Positions 25,085-33,432 of a DNA stretch of 45,680 nucleotides are shown here, piece after piece. Position 1 is the stretch's first letter; each line of letters opens with the position of its first letter. The notes beneath the pieces were generated by a model. That model saw only the letters and a list, made by a program, of their open reading frames with translations. It ran no database searches and was not told the DNA's origin. The DNA is from a virus, in the IMG/VR virus record IMGVR_UViG_3300045988_094011. One strand, given 5' to 3'. Position numbers and translations under genes: made by a program.

Positions 25085-25402
25085 ATGAATATGAATGAAA
25101 AACAATTAAATGAAGTTATGGAGGCAATAAAAAAATCAGATGCAGTTTTAATAGAAACAAATAATACAAGCACTGTGGTTGGTAGTAATTTAGATATAAT
25201 GGCATTATTTTGTAAAATGGCACACACTCTTATTAATAAAACAACAATTGATGCTGATATGTTACATGAGGGTATAAATATGGCAAAGGATGCACCTGCA
25301 GACATAACAGAAAAAGATGTAAAAGATGCAGAAAAAAATAGTCGAGGTATTTTAGAAGCTTTAGATAAATTGTTAACTTTATTAGGAAAGGATGAAGATT
25401 AG
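25085..25402 (+). CDS. Hypothetical 105-aa protein
   Basis: ORF directly after the ERF-like gene. Confidence 0.5.
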   Translation: MNMNEKQLNEVMEAIKKSDAVLIETNNTSTVVGSNLDIMALFCKMAHTLINKTTIDADMLHEGINMAKDAPADITEKDVKDAEKNSRGILEALDKLLTLLGKDED

Positions 25403-25403
25403 T

Positions 25404-25871
25404 ATGAATCATATTGTTATAAGTGGTCACTTAGTTGACAAAGTACGTGTAGGAAATACACAAGATGGAAGAACAAGTGCTTTTGGAAAAATAGGAGTTT
25501 ATAATGGCAAGAACAGAGATGGGCAACAACGTGACTCAATGTTCTTTGATATCTCAGCATTTGGAAGAAGTGCAGAACTTCTTAGAGATAATACAGATAA
25601 AGGGTCACCTGTTACAGTTTCAGGACGTTTAGAAGAAGATAAATCAGTTTCTCAAACTAACGGACAAACTTATGTGAATAAAAGAATTATATGTGATGAT
25701 GTTGTTATTTCTGTAAAACCTACACAAAATGTGCAACAAGTACCTGTTCAAAATGTACCAACATATCAACAAATACCTGTACAACCTACACAAAATAGTC
25801 AAGCACCAAGTTATGGATACACAACAGGAACAACAATGCCATATGGAAATATGGACCCATTTGCACAATAG
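25404..25871 (+). CDS. ssb: Single-stranded DNA-binding protein
   Basis: MNHIVISGHLVDKVRVGNTQDG.. is an OB-fold SSB N-terminus. There is a Q/P-rich linker and a C-terminal tip ending MDPFAQ. The start at 25404 is preferred over 25392 on SD spacing. Confidence 0.8.
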   Translation: MNHIVISGHLVDKVRVGNTQDGRTSAFGKIGVYNGKNRDGQQRDSMFFDISAFGRSAELLRDNTDKGSPVTVSGRLEEDKSVSQTNGQTYVNKRIICDDVVISVKPTQNVQQVPVQNVPTYQQIPVQPTQNSQAPSYGYTTGTTMPYGNMDPFAQ

Positions 25872-25881
25872 GAGGTAAGTT

Positions 25882-26526
25882 ATGGAAATATTTAAGACTG
25901 AAAAGAAAGAACCTATTAAATTTAGAAATTTTAAATTTATAGGCTATCATAAAGACTATGGTAATGCTTGTTATTATTATAAATCATTACCTAGAGATAA
26001 TTTTGAATTAATGGAATGCATGCTAGAAGGCTCTAAAAAACCAGAGATAGGAGCAGGAACTTCTGTTAAAATAATAGATGCTTTTATGTCTAGCTATCTA
26101 TATAATCTTATAAACGATGTAACCTACATAGACACTGCATCATTTGTTAAAAATGTTTTAGAAACAACTTACAAAGATTTCACTGAAAAACAAAAAGAAG
26201 GTATGCTTAAACAATTTAATTCTGTAGTACCTAATGAAATCAAAAATTCTGATAGTTATAAAAAGTATAAGAAAGATGGGTTTAAAATTCTTTACTGTAG
26301 TAACGATGAAACACCTGAAAGAAAAATGGGCATTGTAAACATCGTAATGGTTAAAGAAGAAAAGATTGTAAGTAAAGACAAAAGAATAAATGTAAACAGA
26401 GCTTATACAATTTTTAAACCTTTTAAATTTAGAGTAGCACCTAGTTATCTAAAAGGTGAATCTAAAACTAAATATTTAGAAGAAAATATTAGAGAAATTG
26501 TGGTGTGTCATGATTTATTAAAATAA
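25882..26526 (+). CDS. Hypothetical 214-aa replication-module protein
   Basis: ORF with a TAGGAGG SD. No motif recognised. Confidence 0.55.
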   Translation: MEIFKTEKKEPIKFRNFKFIGYHKDYGNACYYYKSLPRDNFELMECMLEGSKKPEIGAGTSVKIIDAFMSSYLYNLINDVTYIDTASFVKNVLETTYKDFTEKQKEGMLKQFNSVVPNEIKNSDSYKKYKKDGFKILYCSNDETPERKMGIVNIVMVKEEKIVSKDKRINVNRAYTIFKPFKFRVAPSYLKGESKTKYLEENIREIVVCHDLLK

Positions 26527-26544
26527 AAGAAAGAAGGGAACTTT

Positions 26545-29391
26545 ATGCAATTACATTTTTTTGAGGATTACATCAAAGATATGTTTGATAAAAATAAAAT
26601 AGATACTATGTTCCCTGATGATAAGGGCAACATACCGATGTGTTGCCCTTTCATTCACACCAAAAAAGAATTTGATAGTAATACTTGGGAAGAAAAAGAA
26701 GTAGAATACTACGAAAGTATTCCTAGTTCTAGTATAAACTTAAATATGAGAATTTTTCATTGTTTCACATGCAACCGTACATATAAAGAATTAGAGTTTG
26801 CACAAGAAGTTCTTAAGAAAGATAAAGAAAGTATTATAAGAGAGTATACAACTAAAGAAGCTCTACAAAATGACACTTTAAATTGGTCTGAAAATCAACA
26901 TAAATTCTTATTAGAAAATAAAGATGTGCTAAATAAGCTTTATGAGCTTAAAATAACCCCTGAAACTATAAGTGAGCTTAAACTAGGTTATATTACAAAT
27001 TGTCTTGCTACACCTGTTTTTAAAAATGGTTCTCTTATTAACATAGCAAGATACAATATAAATAAAATTCCTGATAAACCAAAGAATGAATACAATAAGA
27101 ATGCTAACATGGGTGATATAATTCCTTTTGATATTTGGAAAAATGACTTTAGAGATACTATTATTTGTGAAGGTGAAAAAGATATGCTTGTTGCACGAAG
27201 TCAAGGTTTCAATGCAATTACTTTAACTGGAGGAGCACAAGCAGCTTTACAAAATGATTATTTACCCTACTTTGAAGGAAGAAATGTATTTATATGCTAT
27301 GATAATGATGATGCAGGAAAACAGGGTTCTCTGAAAAGATATAAAGAATTAAAAGAAAAGTGTAATGTAGGTATCACTAATATAGGAAGTGTTTGTGTTC
27401 TAAATAAAGAAGATGTCACTGATTTCTTTATTAAGTATAATAAAAATGCACAAGATTTTATACAGTTATTAAATGAGCATTCTAGAAAGCCTAGTGAAGA
27501 AGAGTTAAGAGAAGTTAAAGTCAAAAATGAAATAAAAAGTAGTAAGATAGAAGATAACATAAGAAACAGTATCTTCAAAAAGGCTTCTAAATCAACTCTA
27601 CAAATAATAGCAACTTGTACTGAAACTTATGCTGTGCCTGAATATGCTATATTTAAACCTTTACATGATGTAGAAGATGACAGTATAGAAACAAAATCGT
27701 GGTATTTATCAAGTACACATGAAAACTTTCTAGAGTTAATAGAGGGTACTGTAAAAACAAGAGAAATACCAGACATTATAGCAAGTCTATTAGGATTAAA
27801 TCCTAAATGGAGAAATCTTTATAAAGTTGATATGGGAACTTTACAAACTATTTACAAAGTAACTGTAGCTGATGTTGCTCTAGAAAACGATGATAAGGCT
27901 TCAGAGTTTGTTATAGATATGTACTCAAAGATACCTTTAGAGATAGGAAATATTTATGAGATAACTTATAAATTATACCCACATCCTAAACAAGGTAGAA
28001 AGATAATAGCCATTGCAAATGATGTAAAAGAAACAAGTTATGCGTTTGATACAAATAATATGGAGTATATAGATAGTCTAAATAGATTTAAAAGTCATGG
28101 TTCTATAGAAAACAAAATAAATGAATTGTATGAAAGTGCCAAATGTCATATAGCACCTTACCTAAATAAAGACATTTGGTTTGCTATGGACCTTGTATTT
28201 AATTCACCTTTAGATATAACTTATAAAAATGTTATGAGAGGGGCTCTAGATATATTTGTATTAGGAGACACAAGAACAGGTAAATCTGAAACTTCTAAAG
28301 CTCTAAAACAACTTTATGATTTTGGTGAGATAGTACCTCTAAAAACAGCAACAGTTGCATCACTAATTGGTGGTACTGATGATAAAATAAAAAAGACTAA
28401 ATTAGGTGTAATACCAAGACATCATAAAGAGCTAATTGTTATGGAAGAATTTAGTGGGGCTCCTATGGACTTTATAAAAACTTTAACAGAAATCCGTTCT
28501 AGTAATATGGTTAAAATCTACCGTGTTGCAGGAGATATACAAACACCTTGTAAATTAAGAATGATAACTATATCTAACCCTATAAGTGAGAATGGGCAAT
28601 TGATGACATTGTCATCTTACCCAAACGGAGTAGAACCTATTAATGAACTAATAAAATCTCCTGAGGACATTGCCAGGTATGATGCTTTTATACTTTTTCC
28701 TAGAGTACATACTCTATCAAATCCTTTCGGAACAAAAGTAAATAATGATTTAAAAATAGATAGTAAACATTATCAAGTTAAGAGTAGATGGATTAAAGCA
28801 CTTACACATGAAAATGTAATAATACCTAACGATTTAGGAAGTTACATATTTGAAAAGAGTTTGGAGTTAAATAATATATTTGAGTGTAGCTTTACAGTTT
28901 TCGGAAGTGAAACTGATAAGAAAATAGCAAGAATGTCTGCATCTTTAGCTTGTATGTTATGTTCTACAACTGATTATAAACACGTTATTGTTACAAAAGA
29001 ACATGTAGACTATATTATCAATTTCTTAAAAAGAATTTATGATAATAATATATTCAGATTACGTGAGTTTGCTAATGAAGAAAAATCTTATAGTACTGTT
29101 GTAGAAAAAGACACAGCAGACTTAGAAAAAATATACCCTAAAAATGTAACATTTATTGATTTCTTAGCTAATACATCTAAAGTAAATAGAAATGAATTGA
29201 TGACTGTTTCAGGGTTAAGTAAAGATGATTTTAGTAAGATTTTTAACTTATTAGTAGCAAGAAAATTTATTAAATTAAGTAAAGACTTAGTGGCACCAAC
29301 TGTTAAATTTAGAGAAACTTATAGAATCATGAACAAATCATTTAATTTAGCAGACAGTTCCAACATAGATACTTCCACTAATATCTTTTAG
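26545..29391 (+). CDS. Fusion of a DnaG-type primase (zinc finger plus TOPRIM) with an MCM-like AAA+ helicase
   Basis: Zinc site CCPFIH..HCFTCN. TOPRIM motifs ICEGEKDMLV and YDNDDAGKQG. AAA+ features are Walker A LGDTRTGKSE, Walker B LIVMEEFSG and ARYDAFILF, resembling the MCM arginine-finger SRFD motif. Confidence 0.7.
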   Translation: MQLHFFEDYIKDMFDKNKIDTMFPDDKGNIPMCCPFIHTKKEFDSNTWEEKEVEYYESIPSSSINLNMRIFHCFTCNRTYKELEFAQEVLKKDKESIIREYTTKEALQNDTLNWSENQHKFLLENKDVLNKLYELKITPETISELKLGYITNCLATPVFKNGSLINIARYNINKIPDKPKNEYNKNANMGDIIPFDIWKNDFRDTIICEGEKDMLVARSQGFNAITLTGGAQAALQNDYLPYFEGRNVFICYDNDDAGKQGSLKRYKELKEKCNVGITNIGSVCVLNKEDVTDFFIKYNKNAQDFIQLLNEHSRKPSEEELREVKVKNEIKSSKIEDNIRNSIFKKASKSTLQIIATCTETYAVPEYAIFKPLHDVEDDSIETKSWYLSSTHENFLELIEGTVKTREIPDIIASLLGLNPKWRNLYKVDMGTLQTIYKVTVADVALENDDKASEFVIDMYSKIPLEIGNIYEITYKLYPHPKQGRKIIAIANDVKETSYAFDTNNMEYIDSLNRFKSHGSIENKINELYESAKCHIAPYLNKDIWFAMDLVFNSPLDITYKNVMRGALDIFVLGDTRTGKSETSKALKQLYDFGEIVPLKTATVASLIGGTDDKIKKTKLGVIPRHHKELIVMEEFSGAPMDFIKTLTEIRSSNMVKIYRVAGDIQTPCKLRMITISNPISENGQLMTLSSYPNGVEPINELIKSPEDIARYDAFILFPRVHTLSNPFGTKVNNDLKIDSKHYQVKSRWIKALTHENVIIPNDLGSYIFEKSLELNNIFECSFTVFGSETDKKIARMSASLACMLCSTTDYKHVIVTKEHVDYIINFLKRIYDNNIFRLREFANEEKSYSTVVEKDTADLEKIYPKNVTFIDFLANTSKVNRNELMTVSGLSKDDFSKIFNLLVARKFIKLSKDLVAPTVKFRETYRIMNKSFNLADSSNIDTSTNIF

Positions 29392-29400
29392 GAGGTTATT

Positions 29401-30306
29401 ATGAATTTAAAAGAAAATAAAAGACTTAAAGAGATTAAATTATCTATGTATATCAATCATATTGATAAAGCAAAAGACAAACTATTATACAGTAGATTGA
29501 TGAAGTTATTAAGCTGTTTAGTTGCTACACTTGGAAGAGATGCACATAATACATTCTCCAAGATAGTAGAATATAGTATAGGAGAAAATTTTCTAAAGGC
29601 AGCTCCTAAAGAACTTGTAGCAACTTGCAGAACCTTCTTTTCAAACAAAAAAGCAGCTGAGAAGATAGGTATAACTAATTCATCTTTCTATAACAGATAT
29701 AGAGATTTGTTAGATAGGGACTTCATAACTGAAGAGTTTGTTGAGTCTTTACATCCTATGTTTGAAACACAAGAGGAACAATTTGTTATAGATTTCCTAC
29801 TAAGTTTTATTGAGAATTTTAAGTATGACGTGGGGCATTATGATGCAGAATTAAAGGACAAAGAAAGAACCTTAGAGATAGAATTCTGGTTGATATACGA
29901 CAAAGTTATGGGAATTTTACAAAATAGTATAGTCTTTGATAAATTCATATTTAATATATGTAATATATTTGAAATTGACTATGGTTCTATAGCACATCTA
30001 AAAAACAGTATACATCTGATAAATAGGTCTTACCCTAATTTCAGATATAATAATAGATACTTTATGCAAGAATTAGTATACTTATATACCAAAAAAGGCT
30101 TGAATAAAAGTGCAATAAGTTCTAGAGTACTTGGTAAAGACTTTTCATTCTTGTATAGGGGTACTAATAAGAAATATAATGACTTAATAGATAGTGACAA
30201 TGTGGAATGGCAATATGTTCCTACTCTTGACTGGGAACATATACAAAGGGGTGATGTTATGAAATTTATAGAATTGTTTCATTCATGGGTGATGTACGAT
30301 GTATAA
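29401..30306 (+). CDS. Hypothetical 301-aa protein (possible replication initiator/loader with HTH)
   Basis: ORF between the primase-helicase and the polymerase. Has an HTH-like segment AAEKIGITNSSFYNRYRDLL. Confidence 0.45.
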   Translation: MNLKENKRLKEIKLSMYINHIDKAKDKLLYSRLMKLLSCLVATLGRDAHNTFSKIVEYSIGENFLKAAPKELVATCRTFFSNKKAAEKIGITNSSFYNRYRDLLDRDFITEEFVESLHPMFETQEEQFVIDFLLSFIENFKYDVGHYDAELKDKERTLEIEFWLIYDKVMGILQNSIVFDKFIFNICNIFEIDYGSIAHLKNSIHLINRSYPNFRYNNRYFMQELVYLYTKKGLNKSAISSRVLGKDFSFLYRGTNKKYNDLIDSDNVEWQYVPTLDWEHIQRGDVMKFIELFHSWVMYDV

Positions 30307-31984
30307 TGATACTCAATTTTTGTTCAATAAATATAACTATAAAACACTAGAAGTAAAAAACCAAAAAGACATCGAAGAGATGGAATGGGATTTTGCTTTT
30401 AGCAATACACGATATTTTGCATATGATACAGAAACAACAGGTTTAAATTTCATAAAAGATATACCTTTCTTAGTAATATTTGGTTTTGACAAGAATATAT
30501 ACTATTGGGATGCAAACTATAAAGAGGCTACTTGTGCAATGTTTAAGATAGTACAAAAAACAGATAAAATGTTGTTTGCACATAATGCTAAATATGATTA
30601 TCATATGTTACATAACATAGGAACACCTATACCAGACGCCATTGAGTTGTCAGATAGTATTACACTATTTAGATTAATAAGTAGTTGTGATGATGATTTC
30701 CAAAGTATGCGTCTTGAAAAACTAGGAGAAAAATATGTAGACCCTAGTGCAAAATTTGCAGGACACGAAATCAAAAAGAGAATAGAACATATGAAAGCTG
30801 AACGTAAAAAGATGGTATGTAATAACTATAAAGCATTAACAGGAGAAAAATCATACACAAAGGCTTGGGAAACATTTACTAATAAAGTAAGATTTATAAC
30901 AAAATATCATGAGTGTTTTGATGATTATAAAGAACCAGGCTATTATGATGTTTATCTAGAAAATCCTGAATTAGTAAAAATGTATGCTATTGATGACGTT
31001 GTCATAATACTTGAATTTTTAAATAAAGCAGGTGCTATCTATGCTAAAAAATACTGGAGTAAGGATGGCATAGATACAAGAACATGGAAAAGAGAAAATA
31101 AACTGATTAGAGGTATTGCTACTATGGAACGTAATGGTTTCAAAGTAGACGTAGATTACCTTGTTAATTCTCACTACAGAATAGAAAAGTTTAGAGAGCT
31201 ATTATATGATAAATTGCATGAACTTACGCATAGTACATGGAAAGTAGGACAACACGTAGAGATTAAGAAGTTCTTTCACAATGAATTTGGTTTAGACCTT
31301 GAAAAGAGTGATAAGAAAGCTATACAACAACTTACGCATCATGAAGATGTTCGTATTTCTGAAATAGCTAAACTAATCATAAAATTAAGAACAGTAGATA
31401 AATGGCTATCTACGTATATTGATGGTGTTTTAAATAAAATAGTTGAAGTTGATGGTGAATGGCGATTGTATACATCTATTAATAATAATGGTGCTGTAAG
31501 TGGTCGTGTAAGTTGTGACCTACAACAGATGCCTAAATATGCCATAAATGAAACCGATGATGATAATGAGCTACTTTTAGATGAATCTGTTACTGATGAC
31601 GATGGTGTAGAATTATTTCACCCTAGAAAATTTGTTATACCTAGTACAGGTTATAAGTTGTACTTTGAAGATTATTCACAAATGGAATTAAGAATACAAG
31701 CATACTACACCATTTTAGTAGGACATACAGATTATAATCTATGTAGAGCATATATGCCCTATGATTGTAAACTAAAAGATGGTACATTGTTTGATTACAA
31801 AAATCCAGAACATATAAAGCATGCTTATGACTGGGAATGGTTTAATCATGATGGTACAGAATGGGAACCAACAGACTTACATACTAAGACAACTCTTACA
31901 GCATTCCCTGAATTTAAAGATAGAACAGATACAAAAGAGTTTAAAAAGAAATGGCGATATTTGGGAAAATCGACTAACTTCGCT
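30299..31984 (+). CDS. Family A DNA polymerase, exon 1 (3'-5' exonuclease domain, motif A, first half of motif B)
   Basis: Exo I FAYDTETTGL, Exo II/III-like AHNAKYDYHML, and motif A FEDYSQMELRIQAYY. Motif B begins RYLGKSTNFA and is then interrupted. The listed ORF runs a few codons into the intron (..EMIIC stop). Confidence 0.8.
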
Positions 31985-32647
31985 GAGATGATAATATGTT
32001 AAGAACTTTTGTTTGTAAAAAATGTGGTATTACATTTCAAAAAGAAATGAAGACATCTTATGCATGGTATTGTGAAGATTGCAGAAAGAAAAGAGACGTA
32101 GAAATAAGTATGTCTGTTAAGAAACGAAAAGCACCTACAACTGAAGTGGGAGTAGGCAGTGGAAATAGTTCTAAGAACAAAGGACATTACACACATGGAA
32201 GTTTTAAAACAGGTATACAAGCCTACAGAAATATCTACAAAGACAATCACAAAGAATTAAAATGTGAGCTATGTGGTAGCACAAAATACTTATGTATTCA
32301 TCACATAGATTCTAATAGATATAATAATGATGTAGCAAATTTACAATGCTTATGCAAAAGTTGTCATCAAAAACATCACATAAAAAGAAACAAAAAAGGA
32401 CAGTTTACGGCGAATTAAAACTGTGTGAACCTTGACAAGGGTGTCCTAGAGATAGGGCTAACGAGGGAAGCCTAAGTCAGAAATGATATGGTAATCTCGT
32501 GCCAAGCCTCTTATGAGGAAGGTGTAACGACTATGGGTGATGAATGTAACCCAGTACACTAACTATTGTCACGTTAGTGGAAGTGCACAGCAACTCATTG
32601 AGTTGAAGAAATAGTCTAGTCCTTATGGAAACATAAGGTAGTACACG
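31985..32647 (+). mobile_element. Group I self-splicing intron (663 nt) carrying an HNH homing-endonuclease ORF
   Basis: It splits polymerase motif B. The 5' splice site follows a U (31984) and the intron ends in G (32647). GGCGAA at 32409-32414 can pair with the exon end UUCGCU with a terminal G-U (P1). GNRA-capped helices are present: GUCCUA-GAGA-UAGGGC at 32443-32458 and CCUUAUG-GAAA-CAUAAGG at 32621-32638. The 3' part is noticeably GC-richer. Confidence 0.75.
31996..32418 (+). CDS. HNH homing endonuclease (intron-encoded)
   Basis: HNH motif CELCGSTKYLCIHHIDSNRYNNDVANLQCLCKSCHQKHH, with an N-terminal zinc ribbon CKKCG..CEDC. Confidence 0.85.
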   Translation: MLRTFVCKKCGITFQKEMKTSYAWYCEDCRKKRDVEISMSVKKRKAPTTEVGVGSGNSSKNKGHYTHGSFKTGIQAYRNIYKDNHKELKCELCGSTKYLCIHHIDSNRYNNDVANLQCLCKSCHQKHHIKRNKKGQFTAN

Positions 32648-33136
32648 AAAAATTATGGTTGTGGAGCTAAAACATTAGCATCTAATTTGAACATAGACTT
32701 AGAAACAGCAACAAAATTGTCTGATGCCTATAATAGTGCATATCCTGGTGTTATAGAATATCAAAAAGTGGTGCAAACTGAATTAAACATGAAAGGCTAT
32801 GTAACTAACTTATATGGTAGACGTTATTACCTAGAGAATAGTACAAACTTCTACAAAGCAAATAACTATCTTATTCAAGGAACAGGTGCTGATGCCTTAA
32901 AAGAAGTTGAAATAAAGATATGTGATTATCTAAAAGACAAGAAGTCTAGATTTATATTACCTATACATGATGAGCTAGCCATAGAAGTACACCCTGATGA
33001 AGAAGCATTTGTACCACAAAAAGTGCAAGAGATTATGCAAAGTGTGGGGGATACTATAAAGTGGGTGCCTATGGTAGCAGAAGTAGAAGCTACTGAAACC
33101 AATTGGGCAGAAAAGAAAGAGGTAAACTTTGAGTAA
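32648..33136 (+). CDS. Family A DNA polymerase, exon 2 (rest of motif B, motif C)
   Basis: Reading KNYGCGAKTLASNL.. in frame with the listed ORF 32687..33136 completes motif B (KSTNFA|KNYG). Motif C is PIHDELAIEV. Confidence 0.75.
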   Translation, partial: KNYGCGAKTLASNLNIDLETATKLSDAYNSAYPGVIEYQKVVQTELNMKGYVTNLYGRRYYLENSTNFYKANNYLIQGTGADALKEVEIKICDYLKDKKSRFILPIHDELAIEVHPDEEAFVPQKVQEIMQSVGDTIKWVPMVAEVEATETNWAEKKEVNFE

Positions 33137-33416
33137 AGAACAGAATATACAAACCTCTATAATGAATTATATTAGTTCAATAGGTGGTTTACCTCTAAAA
33201 TATAATAATATGGGTATCTATGCTACAGCAGGTGTGCCTGATATAATAGCATGTATAAAAGGAAGATTTGTTGCTATAGAAGTAAAAAAACTAGGTGGTA
33301 AACCATCGGCTTTACAAAAAGCATATATTAAGGCTATAAATGAAATAGGAGGGCTTGCCTTTTGGGCAGACAATCTAGATGATGTTAAGGACAAATTAAA
33401 AGAGCTACTTAGTTGA
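33129..33416 (+). CDS. VRR-NUC domain nuclease
   Basis: GVPDIIACIKGRFVAIEVKK matches the PD-(D/E)xK VRR-NUC core. A TTG start follows an AGAGG SD and overlaps the polymerase end. Confidence 0.7.
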   Translation: MSKEQNIQTSIMNYISSIGGLPLKYNNMGIYATAGVPDIIACIKGRFVAIEVKKLGGKPSALQKAYIKAINEIGGLAFWADNLDDVKDKLKELLS

Positions 33417-33432
33417 AGCTCTTTTTCTTTTC
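33398..33432. terminator. Bidirectional rho-independent terminator formed by the overlapping 3' ends of convergent genes
   Basis: Stem AAAAGAGCU / AGCUCUUUU (33398-33406 / 33417-33425) with a 10-nt loop. A T-run follows on the plus strand (tttttcttttc) and TTTAATTT follows on the minus strand. The two stop codons (33414-33416 plus, 33405-33407 minus) lie inside the hairpin. Confidence 0.7.

Noticed and set aside
24630-25430. Minus-strand ORFs (24630-24851, 24647-25105, 25057-25305, 25233-25430) overlapping the ERF-like and downstream genes
   Set aside because: They are antisense shadows of the plus-strand genes, with no SD, hydrophobic low-complexity translations and an orientation opposite to the whole replication arm.
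31985-32002. C-terminal extension ..AEMIIC of the listed polymerase ORF 30299-32002, which would make the polymerase a truncated or split enzyme
   Set aside because: Motif B would be destroyed, whereas splicing 31984 to 32648 restores it exactly in frame. The extension is read-through into the intron.
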